Source: an uncultured Bacteroidales bacterium (GTDB taxonomy: Bacteria; Bacteroidota; Bacteroidia; Bacteroidales; UBA4417). From it: a stretch of DNA of 52,822 nucleotides. Location of the stretch: positions 1 through 52,822 of the forward strand of contig CAIJPI010000210.1 in NCBI GenBank assembly GCA_903822525.1, written 5' to 3'. The position numbers were made by a program, and so were the translations under genes. The notes beneath the pieces were generated by a model. That model searched no databases and was not told the DNA's origin. It saw only the letters and a program-made list of their open reading frames with translations. This document shows positions 38,187-47,840 of this stretch, piece by piece (the stretch's first letter is position 1; each line of letters starts with the position of its first letter).

Positions 38187-39650
38187 TTATTTTTTATACC
38201 GGCACACATAGCAATCGCCCAAGCGGAATTCATTTCCGTTTTTATAAAGCGGAGTGCCAAACTGGTTAAGCGAATCTGGAAATGTTTCCATCCAGCCGTC
38301 CCTGATAACATACAACGTATCGCGTTTCATTACTTCAAAAGCCATTTCATGGTTTCGCACACTCGAACGGTCGTCGGGTGTTGCCACAATCTGTTCAGGA
38401 TCTGTAACCGAATTGATGTATGAATTCCAGTAGTTTCCAATAATTCCTATATGTCCCAGACTTTCAAATTCCCTGGCATACGCAGCCCTGGGCTTAAGTG
38501 TTTTTGGCCATATGTACTTCAGATTATACAAACTCCCTGCACCGGCTGTTACCACAGCAATAAGCATGAGTACTCTGAGTGCCTTTTTAATACCACTTTC
38601 TGACAGGCACTCCGAAGCTATCAGCAAAGCCATCCAGAAAGCTATGTAATTGCCTGCAAAATAACGCCTGGGAACACCATTCATATACGACCATTTTGAA
38701 GCCATGATCACACAAAAGATCAGCACAAAATCGAAAACAAAAAACAGGAACCATTTGCTCTGATTTCTTTCGAAGTGAATTCTGCCACGTAAATAGAATA
38801 GTGAAATGGAAAGCAGGATTACCATGCACAGGTACACACTGGTAAAAGGCTCTGCTGCTTTGAAAAAAAGCAGTTCCTCCATCGAATTACCGAAAAACCT
38901 TACTGAAGCAAGTATTGTACTGAAATCGTTGAGATTATTATACAAGGGTGATTTATCGGCTTGCTGCTTGGCATACAGAATGAATACTGACCCAATGAGC
39001 AGTCCAGCCATGGCATAGTAAATTCCGGGTCGCCACCTGAATATTCTGTCAACATGTCTATCTGTCCGCCAAAACCCAAAATAAACCTGCAGCAGCAGGA
39101 TCAGGAAAACTGAAACAGCAGCCAGGTCCGAAACCCAGGTGGCAAGAATAAACAAGATAGTGATAGATAGCAGGAGCAAGTGTTGCTTTAGCTTGTATTT
39201 ATCAAATTCCCTTTCATATAATTTATGGATCAGGAAAATACTTATTGCCAGAAGGCTGTATTCCTGCCCGAGATTCAGCCGCAACAGGTCGATAAGTCGG
39301 AGTGGCGGGAAAAACCACACCACAGCCAGAATCAGCCTGCTGAACTTTGTTTTTAACAGTCCGGCAAAAGCAAAATATCCGGCTATCAGCAACAGATAAT
39401 GTGTAACCGATTCGGAAGTAAGCGGACTGAGTCCAAATCCATGATAAAATAACTGGCCCAGCATAGGAATCAACGAGCCATACCTGTCCTGACCCCAGAA
39501 ATACAGGTCGTGCGGGAGCTGAAAATTCCGGATCATCAATACGGTAACAGCATCATCTGAACCTAAAAGCGGATAGAAGTCGGATGAATAGAAACAAAAC
39601 GATAGAATGATGATCGCAGAAATGCCGAAATAAAACAAGAAATTCTTCAT
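38187..39650 (-). CDS. Polytopic membrane protein, possible GT-C fold glycosyltransferase
   Basis: SDDA acidic motif after TM1; YFWGQDRYG; about 11 TM segments; PRRY loop; soluble C-terminal domain. Confidence 0.55.
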   Translation of the reverse strand: MKNFLFYFGISAIIILSFCFYSSDFYPLLGSDDAVTVLMIRNFQLPHDLYFWGQDRYGSLIPMLGQLFYHGFGLSPLTSESVTHYLLLIAGYFAFAGLLKTKFSRLILAVVWFFPPLRLIDLLRLNLGQEYSLLAISIFLIHKLYEREFDKYKLKQHLLLLSITILFILATWVSDLAAVSVFLILLLQVYFGFWRTDRHVDRIFRWRPGIYYAMAGLLIGSVFILYAKQQADKSPLYNNLNDFSTILASVRFFGNSMEELLFFKAAEPFTSVYLCMVILLSISLFYLRGRIHFERNQSKWFLFFVFDFVLIFCVIMASKWSYMNGVPRRYFAGNYIAFWMALLIASECLSESGIKKALRVLMLIAVVTAGAGSLYNLKYIWPKTLKPRAAYAREFESLGHIGIIGNYWNSYINSVTDPEQIVATPDDRSSVRNHEMAFEVMKRDTLYVIRDGWMETFPDSLNQFGTPLYKNGNEFRLGDCYVCRYKK

Positions 39651-39765
39651 CCGCGGGCTTTTTATTCAGTTTGTGAAAATAACACTTTTTCGAAGACAAG
39701 CACTTCTGGAGAATGCAAGTATCAGGAAGATTAAAATGTTGTATTTCAGGACATGGCATTACATG

Positions 39766-39801
39766 AAAAAGCCTGAAGTACTTTCCGGACTTCAGGCTTT
39801 T
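39766..39801 (-). terminator. Intrinsic terminator after pgk
   Basis: AAAAGCCTGAAGT...ACTTCAGGCTTTT. Confidence 0.85.
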
Positions 39802-39816
39802 AAAATTTCGATATAA

Positions 39817-41076
39817 TTAGTCTTCCAGAATAGCTTTTACGCCTGGAAGCACTTTACCTTCAATTGACTCCAGCATTGCGCCTCCGCCTGTCGAAACGTA
39901 ACTTACCTTATCGGCCAGTTTAAATTTATTGACAGCTGCAACCGAGTCGCCTCCACCTACAAGCGAAAATGCTCCATTTGCCGTTGATTCAGCAATGGCA
40001 AGGGCAATCTGTTTGGTTCCTTTCTGAAAATTACACATTTCGAATACGCCCATCGGGCCATTCCATAGGATAGTCTTCGAATTCAGAAGTACATCACTTA
40101 AATGGCTGATGCTATCCGGGCCAATATCAAGGCCTAGCCATCCGTCAGGAATTTCGTCGGATTTGCAGATCTGTTTCTGGGCATCGTCAGCAAATGCATT
40201 AGCTGCAACCGCATCGGTAGGAATAATGATATTAACTCCCAGTTTTTCGGCACCTTCCATAATGTTCCTGGCCAGTTCAACGTATTCGGGTTCCACCAGT
40301 GAGCCGCCGATTTTTCCACCCCTTGCTTTGATAAATGTAAACATCATACCTCCGCCTATAATCAGGTTGTCGACCTTGCTGAGCAGGTTGTTGATTATTT
40401 CGATCTTACTCGAAACCTTTGCACCTCCCAGTACCGCTGTGAAAGGATGCTTAGCTTCGTGCAATACCTTGGTGATATTGCTTACCTCGTTATTCATTAG
40501 GTAACCGAACATTTTATCATCAGGGAAATATCCTGCTACCAGTGCCGTTGAGGCATGAGCGCGGTGCGCTGTACCGTATGCATCGTTCACATAACAATCG
40601 GCATACCCGGCCAGTTTCTTTGTAAATTCTTTCTGCGATGCTTTTACACGGATTTTTGCGGCTGCCTTTTCCTCATCGGTAGCAGTTTCGGGCAGACGGG
40701 CTTTTCCTTCTTCTTCTTCATAGTAACGGAGGTTTTCGAGGAGAAGCACTTCGCCGGGTTTTAAAGTGGCCGAAAGTAACACGGCTGATTCACCCATGCA
40801 GTCGTCAGCAAATTTCACAACTGTGTTGAGTACCTGCTCCAGGTATGGAACCAGGTGGCGGAGTGACAGTTTAGGCTCTCCTATTTTCTTGGGCCTTCCA
40901 AGGTGTGAACAGAGTATAGTTGAACCCCCTTCGGAAAGAATTTTTCGTATGGTTGGCAAGGCGGCATCAATACGGGTAGTATCCGTAATCTTCTGATCAT
41001 CGTCCAAAGGAACGTTAAAATCGACCCTTATCAAAGCCCGTTTAGCTGTAAAGTCGTATGTATCAATGTTTTTCAT
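39817..41076 (-). CDS. pgk: Phosphoglycerate kinase
   Basis: [61 protein letters not shown]. True start MKNID at 41076; the 67-aa extension in the ORF track is the translated repeat array. Confidence 0.97.
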   Translation of the reverse strand: MKNIDTYDFTAKRALIRVDFNVPLDDDQKITDTTRIDAALPTIRKILSEGGSTILCSHLGRPKKIGEPKLSLRHLVPYLEQVLNTVVKFADDCMGESAVLLSATLKPGEVLLLENLRYYEEEEGKARLPETATDEEKAAAKIRVKASQKEFTKKLAGYADCYVNDAYGTAHRAHASTALVAGYFPDDKMFGYLMNNEVSNITKVLHEAKHPFTAVLGGAKVSSKIEIINNLLSKVDNLIIGGGMMFTFIKARGGKIGGSLVEPEYVELARNIMEGAEKLGVNIIIPTDAVAANAFADDAQKQICKSDEIPDGWLGLDIGPDSISHLSDVLLNSKTILWNGPMGVFEMCNFQKGTKQIALAIAESTANGAFSLVGGGDSVAAVNKFKLADKVSYVSTGGGAMLESIEGKVLPGVKAILED

Positions 41077-41124
41077 ATAAATAAATTTAGAAATTTCGCT
41101 CTGCGAAGGTAGGAATAATTTAGA

Positions 41125-41252
41125 AATGTGATAATGTGATAATGGATTAATGTGATAATGCGGTAATGTGATAATGCGATAATGTGGTAATGTGATAATG
41201 CGGTAATGTGGTAATGTGATAATGGGATAATGTGGTAATGCGGTAATGTGGT
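41125..41252. repeat. Octamer tandem array AATGYGRT, 16 units, in the pgk/SPFH divergent promoter region
   Basis: 16 contiguous 8-nt units (AATGTGAT, AATGTGGT, AATGCGGT, AATGCGAT and two variants), counted by hand. Confidence 0.92.
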
Positions 41253-41430
41253 AATTGTGCAGCCTGGTAAAAGGCAAATTGAAAACAAGATGAAATATGA
41301 GTGATTGAATTTCGGACTCAAGTAATTATTTCCGTAAAATTATTGCATTACGTATGTAAAGGATTTATATTTGTATGTGAGCAAATTTATATAATAAACA
41401 TGCTAATAATTTTATTTCAAAACCAACATT

Positions 41431-42330
41431 ATGGAAAATCTGGTAACTATTCTCATTGTGATTGTCGTCCTGTTTTTCTTTGCAGGAATTCGTATTATCA
41501 GGCCTACAAACCGCGCCCTTATTGAGCGGCTCGGAAAATATCATCATTTTGCACCTCCGGGTTTTAACTGGATCATTCCCGGCATTGACAAGATGTATAA
41601 GATTAATATCACAGAAAAGATGATCAATGCCGAACCACAGGAAATCATCACCAATGATAACCTGAATGCAAGTGTTGATGCGCAGGTTTATTTCAAGATC
41701 AGATCTGATGAGGAAAGTGTGAAGAACTCGCAATACAATGTAAACAGTATAGAATACCAGATCGTGAACCTTGCCCGCACAACTTTGCGTAATATTATAG
41801 GCACAATGACGCTGAAATCAGCGAACAGTGAGCGGGGCAAGATCAACAAGGAATTGCATGGCACACTGCTTGAAGAAACAGCGAACTGGGGAATTGAAAT
41901 CGTGCGCACAGAGTTGAAGGAAATTGATCCGCCTAAAGATGTGCAGGAAACAATGAATAAAATTGTGAAAGCGGAGAATGAAAAGATAGCCGCTATCGAC
42001 TATGCCACTGCTACCGAGACAAAAGCAGATGGTGAAAAGCGTGCCGAGATTCGTCGTGCTGAAGGCATTAAACAAGCTGCCATTCTTCGTGCCGAGGGAG
42101 AAGCTCAGGCCATTCAGCTGGTGAACGAGTCGGCCGAGAAATATTTTGTGGGAAACGCTCAGATGTTGCGCAGGATTCAGGCTATGGAAACATCCTTAAA
42201 GGATAATTCGAAGATTGTAGTACCAACCGGTTCGGACCTGGTAAATGTAATGGGTGAAATGGGCGGTGTGATTCCTTTAAAATCCAGATCAGATAAAGAT
42301 GCTCCACCGGCTGCTTCCGTCAAACCATAA
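41431..42330 (+). CDS. SPFH/band 7 (stomatin-like) protein
   Basis: N-terminal TM; IERLGKY; PGFNWIIP; QEIITNDN; TTLRNIIG; WGIEIVRTE; AEG repeats. Confidence 0.93.
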   Translation: MENLVTILIVIVVLFFFAGIRIIRPTNRALIERLGKYHHFAPPGFNWIIPGIDKMYKINITEKMINAEPQEIITNDNLNASVDAQVYFKIRSDEESVKNSQYNVNSIEYQIVNLARTTLRNIIGTMTLKSANSERGKINKELHGTLLEETANWGIEIVRTELKEIDPPKDVQETMNKIVKAENEKIAAIDYATATETKADGEKRAEIRRAEGIKQAAILRAEGEAQAIQLVNESAEKYFVGNAQMLRRIQAMETSLKDNSKIVVPTGSDLVNVMGEMGGVIPLKSRSDKDAPPAASVKP

Positions 42331-42362
42331 ATTGAACAGGTAAATGCTGCGCTAAAAAGCAA

Positions 42363-42398
42363 GAATTACGATTGCCGGCCATCCGTCAATCGTAATTC
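42363..42398. terminator. Hairpin between the convergent SPFH and lyase genes
   Basis: Perfect 12-bp arms GAATTACGATTG and CAATCGTAATTC; no clear U-tract. Confidence 0.5.
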
Positions 42399-42431
42399 GT
42401 TAATGCACCATTAAAAAGTATTATTTCCCGA

Positions 42432-43808
42432 TCAGATTTTTCTCAGTTTCACCGTAAAATGTCTGAGGATAGGTGCTTCCTGTTCAATGGCAAGCCCGGT
42501 TGTGATCTGATGCCTGCGTTCGTATACATTACCCATGGCAACAGCAACATAGTTCATATGGTCGTTGGTATAGGTACGGCGTGGGATAGCCAGGCGCAGC
42601 AATTCGAGGGTGGGATACCGGTTTTCGCGGGTCACAGGATCGCGGTCGGCCATAATGGCTCCTATTTCCACACCACGGACTCCTGCCTCAATATACAATT
42701 CAACAGCCAGTGTCTGAGCCCTGAAATGTTCCTTAGGCATATGCGATAATACCTGGCTTGCATCCACGAAAATGGCATGTCCGCCATAAGGAAGTTGCAC
42801 AGGAACGCCGAAAGCTGTAAGTTTTTTTCCAAGCAATGCCACTTGTCCGACCCTCGATTTCAGGTAATCAAATTCGGTAGCCTCGTACAATCCCTGGGCA
42901 ATAGCGTTCAGATCGCGCCCTGCGAGTCCGCCGTAGGTTAAATAGCCTTCGAACATAATATTGAATACCGAAGCCTGACGGAAGAGCTCAGGATCGCGAA
43001 GGGCAATAAAACCGCCAATATTTACAATAGCATCTTTCTTGCTGCTCATGGTCATACCATCAGCATACGAAAACATTTCGGCAACAATTTCGCGAATACT
43101 CTTATCCTGTTGCCCTTCTTCCCGGGTTTTAATAAAGTAAGCATTCTCTGCAAAACGGGCTGAATCGAAAATTACCGGAATATTATATTTTTCGGCCAGT
43201 TGTTTCACCCCTTTTAAATTAGCCATCGAAACCGGCTGACCACCCGACGAATTGCAGGTAATAGTGACAATAATCATGGCCACCTGTTCGCGGGGGTATT
43301 TTTTCAAAACATCTTCAAGTTTACCCAGGTCGATATTTCCTTTGAAAGGATGTTCAACTTTAGTATCAAAAGCCTCATCAATAGTGCAGTCGAGGGCTTT
43401 TGCCTTACGGAATTCAATATGACCCTTGGTTGTATCGAAATGTGAGTTGCCTGGAACAACATTTCCTTCTTTTACCATAACGCTAAAGAGTACATTCTCG
43501 GCTGCCCTGCCCTGGTGTGTTGGCAGGAAATATTCAAAGCCTAGCAGTTCCTTTATGGCTGATTTTAATTTGTAAAACGATGAGGCTCCCGCATAGCTTT
43601 CGTCGCCCAGCATCATTTCACTCCATTGCTTGTCGCTCATGGCACCGGTACCCGAATCGGTAAGCAGGTCAATAAAAACCTGGTCGCTACGAAGATTAAA
43701 GAGATTGTAACCCGCCTCTCTTATCCATTGTTCCCTTTGTTCGCGGGTACTGCAGCGGATGGATTCCACCATTTTTATTCTGTAGGGTTCTGCAAAAGGC
43801 AATTCCAT
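42432..43808 (-). CDS. tnaA: Tryptophanase / tyrosine phenol-lyase family PLP beta-eliminating lyase (tryptophanase favoured)
   Basis: EPYRIKMVE; IDLLTDSGT; GDESYAG; HQGRAAE; HFDTT; PLP lysine motif MSSKKD; TYGGLAGRD; LRLAIPRRTY; LRHFT. Substrate cannot be fixed by eye. Confidence 0.8.
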   Translation of the reverse strand: MELPFAEPYRIKMVESIRCSTREQREQWIREAGYNLFNLRSDQVFIDLLTDSGTGAMSDKQWSEMMLGDESYAGASSFYKLKSAIKELLGFEYFLPTHQGRAAENVLFSVMVKEGNVVPGNSHFDTTKGHIEFRKAKALDCTIDEAFDTKVEHPFKGNIDLGKLEDVLKKYPREQVAMIIVTITCNSSGGQPVSMANLKGVKQLAEKYNIPVIFDSARFAENAYFIKTREEGQQDKSIREIVAEMFSYADGMTMSSKKDAIVNIGGFIALRDPELFRQASVFNIMFEGYLTYGGLAGRDLNAIAQGLYEATEFDYLKSRVGQVALLGKKLTAFGVPVQLPYGGHAIFVDASQVLSHMPKEHFRAQTLAVELYIEAGVRGVEIGAIMADRDPVTRENRYPTLELLRLAIPRRTYTNDHMNYVAVAMGNVYERRHQITTGLAIEQEAPILRHFTVKLRKI

Positions 43809-43963
43809 GTGTGCTAATCTTTAGATAAATAATAAATTAAAATTTGTCTATGCTCTAAAAATGTAAACACACGAACTCATCGCGCTTTTTTATGTTTTTG
43901 AATATCAATGTTTTATATCCCAACATGATGATAAGCTAAATTATGTCCTAAAAGTTAAGGTGT

Positions 43964-43971
43964 CAAATATA
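43964..43971 (-). promoter_or_regulatory. Bacteroidota -7 promoter box for the lyase, implying a leader of about 150 nt
   Basis: TATATTTG on the minus strand. Confidence 0.5.
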
Positions 43972-44219
43972 CATTATTTTGTTACAAAACATGAAAAAGC
44001 AACCTTTGCAGAAAAAAAATCAATATTCTTTTTCAGGCTGCACCCACATTCTATGATTTCAAAAACAATCCTATTTTTGTAGAAGAGTTATTAAAAAAAT
44101 TTATTGCGCATAGGTGCCGCCTCGAAGGAAGAGCTATAAAGGTAATAGTTTTACATTTTTGACATACCTTTATGTAATGGCAATGAAAATTTTTTTTATT
44201 CGCATTAAAGAAATCGGCA

Positions 44220-45599
44220 ATGATAAAACAAGCTCTTTTTGGCGTATACTGTATAATGTTGCTTATCGCATCTGTTTCGTGCGCCTCAGGCCAGCGTTAC
44301 AAAGGAGAGGATTTTGTCCCTTCTAAAACATATGCTGCAGTTCAGTGTGCAACTGATTCCAGTCAGTCCTATGCATTGTTTTTGCCACCTCAGTATGAAA
44401 AAGGGAAACCAAGCCCGGTGCTTATCCTATTTGATCCGAGCGGGAATGGATTGTTGCCGGTAAATCTTTTCAGCGACGAAGCTGCAAGAAGTGGTTTTAT
44501 AATTGCCGGATCGAATAATTCGAAGAATGGGATGCCTTTTAACCAAACGACAGCTATATACAGGAATCTGTTATCTGACCTTACCAGCCGGTTTACGATC
44601 GAAAAAAAGGCGATCTACCTGGGTGGCTTCTCGGGAGGATCGCGAGTTGCCGGGGGCGCTGCCATTACAGAAGGAGGTGTGGCAGGTGTTATTGGATGCG
44701 GGGCAGGATTAAACAACACAAACAGTAAGCCGGTTGGTCCGTTCAGTTACCTGGCCGTAGTCGGAAACCAGGATTTCAACTATGCCGAAATGCTCCAACT
44801 CGACGAATCACTTGACTATGCAGGTTATCAGCATCACTTACTGGTGTTCGACGGCATTCACCAATGGCCGCCCAAAGCGATAATACCCGAAATTTTCACC
44901 TGGCTGCGCTTCGATGCCATGCGGCAGCAGGCCATACCGGCTGACAGGAACGAAATAAACCTTTTCGTGGAGAAAAATGATAAAAAAGCCAGCGATTTCG
45001 AATCAGTGGGAAACCTTCCCGGCCAACAGGATACGTATATCAAAATGATGCATTTTCTGCAGGGACTTACAGATGTAACACCACTGCAGTCGGAAATCGC
45101 GCGCTTAGCCGGTGCAAAAAAAGTGATTGCGCTCCGCAAACTGCAAAAGGAACTTCTCGGAAAGGAAAAGGAACTCCAGAACCAGTATTCGTCGCAGCTT
45201 CAAATCCAAACCACCGACTGGTGGAAAACTGAAACCACACGACTTCGGGCCCTGTCAGTAAAAGCAGGGGATTCAGCTATGAACCAGGTTTACAAGCGCG
45301 TACTGGGTTTCCTTAGCCTCGACTGTTACATGTATGCTAACAATGCACTGAAACAACCGAACCTGGATGCTGCCAACAGATGTATTGAAATATACCGCCT
45401 TGTCGATCCCACAAATCCGGAACACCGTTATATGGCAGCTAAAGTAGCAGCTTTAAACCATAATCCGGATGCAGTAATCAGCGCGTTGAAACAAGCTTTT
45501 AATCTGGGATTTAAAGATATAAAACGGATACAATCGGAAGCCTCTTTTTTACCCTATCAAGAGGACGAAAAGTTTAAAGGCCTATTATCAGGCAGATAA
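44220..45599 (+). CDS. Lipoprotein with an alpha/beta-hydrolase domain and C-terminal TPR-like helices
   Basis: Lipobox VSC; SYALFLP; nucleophile elbow GFSGG; GNQD; DGIHQW; helical C-terminus ALKQAFNLGF. Confidence 0.75.
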   Translation: MIKQALFGVYCIMLLIASVSCASGQRYKGEDFVPSKTYAAVQCATDSSQSYALFLPPQYEKGKPSPVLILFDPSGNGLLPVNLFSDEAARSGFIIAGSNNSKNGMPFNQTTAIYRNLLSDLTSRFTIEKKAIYLGGFSGGSRVAGGAAITEGGVAGVIGCGAGLNNTNSKPVGPFSYLAVVGNQDFNYAEMLQLDESLDYAGYQHHLLVFDGIHQWPPKAIIPEIFTWLRFDAMRQQAIPADRNEINLFVEKNDKKASDFESVGNLPGQQDTYIKMMHFLQGLTDVTPLQSEIARLAGAKKVIALRKLQKELLGKEKELQNQYSSQLQIQTTDWWKTETTRLRALSVKAGDSAMNQVYKRVLGFLSLDCYMYANNALKQPNLDAANRCIEIYRLVDPTNPEHRYMAAKVAALNHNPDAVISALKQAFNLGFKDIKRIQSEASFLPYQEDEKFKGLLSGR

Positions 45600-46022
45600 A
45601 TATTTTTAACCATTGAGCCAGCATCCTTCAAACCTGAAAAGAGTCAATGAATAAAGTGTATTTGGCGAAATCATTTTTGCCTGGACTAAAGGCTTAATCC
45701 AGACAAGTATTTGCTGTAAACATTGATCCTCCGAAATCTTTAAATCTCTTTGTAACTTCTTACGCTGTATAGCGTCATATGTGCAATTGGTCAGGAAAAA
45801 GAACCGAAAGCACCCTTTACCCCTATATATGATCACCTGCTGAGGCAAACAAACTTCAGCAGGTTTTATTATGCGACATACCCGGCAAATTCGATGATTT
45901 TTAATGTTTGAAAAGTCACAAATATTATTATCAGGAGAGTGTACTATTTGAAGGTTGTAATCCGTATTTTTGCATAACTGAGCTTCCACTCTTCCCGCTT
46001 ATCCTACAATTTAACTTTTTCA

Positions 46023-47840
46023 ATGGCCAGCCGCATTTATGCCGATCGTAAAATAGTGATTATCACGACCTTCCTGGTTATCGGTTTTATTTATCTTATT
46101 CGTCTATTTTATATTCAGGTAATCGACCGGAGCTATACCCTTTCGGCCAATAATAATGTTCTCAGGTATGTAACGCAATTTCCTGCCCGCGGACTTATAT
46201 ACGACCGTAATGGGAAGCTGCTTGTTTACAACGAAGCTGTATACGATCTGATGGTAATTCCACGGCAAGTGAAAGATGTTGATACAGCTGAAATATGCCG
46301 CCTGTTAGGGATAACTGCAGAAGGGTATCATGAGCGGATGAAAAAAGCCCGGGATTATTCGCCTATGCTGGCATCGGCATTTGAAAAGCAGATTTCAAAA
46401 GAAACATATGGCTATATTGAGGAGAAACTATACCGTTTCAGGGGTTTCTTTGTTCAGCCGCGTACCCTACGGAAATATCCCATGTCGATAGGTGCGCACC
46501 TGTTGGGCTACATAGGTGAGGTTACCCCGGTGCAGGTGGGAAAGAGCGATTATTACAAGCAGGGCGATTATATCGGCATCAGCGGAATTGAGCGTGCTTA
46601 CGAAAAAGAGTTGCGCGGAATTAAAGGACTTAAAATACGTATGGTTGATGTTTTTAACCGTGATGTAGGCAGTTTTGAGAATGGGCGCTACGATACTTCT
46701 GCTGTTATGGGAGGTGATCTGTATACCGGAATTGATGCTGATTTACAGCAATACGGCGAAAAACTTATGGCCAACAAAAGGGGAAGTATTGTCGCTATTG
46801 ACCCGGCTACAGGCGAAATCCTATGCTTTCTTTCGAGTCCCGGATATGATCCGAATCTCCTGGTTGGGAGAGTACGTGGTAAAAATTACGGGATTCTCAA
46901 CAATGACCCTATTAAGCCATTGCTGAACCGTGCTATTATGGGCCAATACCCTCCTGGGTCGACTTTTAAGATGGCAAACGATATGGTAGGGCTTCAAATG
47001 GGTGTTATCACTAAAAATACCCGTTATTCGTGCCAGGGCCCGGGCTCCTCTCCTATTAAATGCACCCATAACCATGTATCCCCACTTGATGTGTATATGG
47101 CCATTCAGCAATCGTGCAATCCATTTCACTGGCAGGTATTCCGCGCCATCATGAGCGATCCGAATTATGAAAACACTAAACAGCGATATGATGTATGGCG
47201 AAAACACCTTATGAGTATGGGATTTGGACGCAAACTCAATACCGACCTTGCCTTCGAACTTAAGGGTAATCTACCGCCATCAGAGGTTTTCGACAAAATA
47301 TACGGTGTAGGAAGATGGAATGCCATGACAATACGTTCCTTGTCAATTGGGCAGGGTGAAGTTCTTACAACTCCCCTCCAACTGGTTAATTATGCTTCAA
47401 TGGTTGCCAACCGGGGTTTCTTTTATCCTCCTCATGTAGTTAGATCCGTCGGAAACGAAAAGAACAAAACCAATTTTGGGAATCAGAAAAATGTGGCAAG
47501 TATTAATGTTGAATATATTGACATTGTTATACAAGGCATGAGAGAAGTTTTCGAGGGATCGCATGGTACTGCCAGAGCCTATAAAATTGACAGTTTAAGC
47601 ATGGCGGGAAAAACAGGTACAGCTCAAACCTCAAGTGGGAAAGATAATTCTAACTTCATTGCATTCGCACCTGTTGAAACCCCAAAGATTGCTATCTGCG
47701 TGATTGTTGAAGAAGCCGGATTTGGTTCAAGATGGGCAGCTCCGATTGCTTCATTAATGATTGAAAAATACCTGTTCCACACTGTAAAACGAAAGGAAAT
47801 AGAAGAAAACATGATTAATGCTAATCTGTTGAATAATTGA
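46023..47840 (+). CDS. mrdA: Penicillin-binding protein 2
   Basis: PARGLIYDRNG; active-site PPGSTFK (SxxK), QSCN (SxN), GKTGTAQ; adjacent to rodA. Confidence 0.95.
   Translation: MASRIYADRKIVIITTFLVIGFIYLIRLFYIQVIDRSYTLSANNNVLRYVTQFPARGLIYDRNGKLLVYNEAVYDLMVIPRQVKDVDTAEICRLLGITAEGYHERMKKARDYSPMLASAFEKQISKETYGYIEEKLYRFRGFFVQPRTLRKYPMSIGAHLLGYIGEVTPVQVGKSDYYKQGDYIGISGIERAYEKELRGIKGLKIRMVDVFNRDVGSFENGRYDTSAVMGGDLYTGIDADLQQYGEKLMANKRGSIVAIDPATGEILCFLSSPGYDPNLLVGRVRGKNYGILNNDPIKPLLNRAIMGQYPPGSTFKMANDMVGLQMGVITKNTRYSCQGPGSSPIKCTHNHVSPLDVYMAIQQSCNPFHWQVFRAIMSDPNYENTKQRYDVWRKHLMSMGFGRKLNTDLAFELKGNLPPSEVFDKIYGVGRWNAMTIRSLSIGQGEVLTTPLQLVNYASMVANRGFFYPPHVVRSVGNEKNKTNFGNQKNVASINVEYIDIVIQGMREVFEGSHGTARAYKIDSLSMAGKTGTAQTSSGKDNSNFIAFAPVETPKIAICVIVEEAGFGSRWAAPIASLMIEKYLFHTVKRKEIEENMINANLLNN

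Noticed and set aside
41125-41252. Possible CRISPR array
   Set aside because: Contiguous 8-nt units with no unique spacers, and no cas genes in the window.
41077-41321. His/Ile-rich N-terminal extension of Pgk and the overlapping 82-aa ORF
   Set aside because: Both are translations of the octamer array; Pgk homology starts at MKNID (41076) and a promoter-like box lies at 41104-41111.
45789-45816. GGTCAGG...GAAAGCACCC as a possible SRP RNA core
   Set aside because: It lacks the conserved TCCGGAAGGAAGCAG loop and the long flanking helix.
45606-45989. 127-aa Cys-rich minus-strand ORF between the hydrolase and mrdA
   Set aside because: No recognisable motif, and it would occupy the mrdA promoter region. 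Not called, though not strictly excluded.
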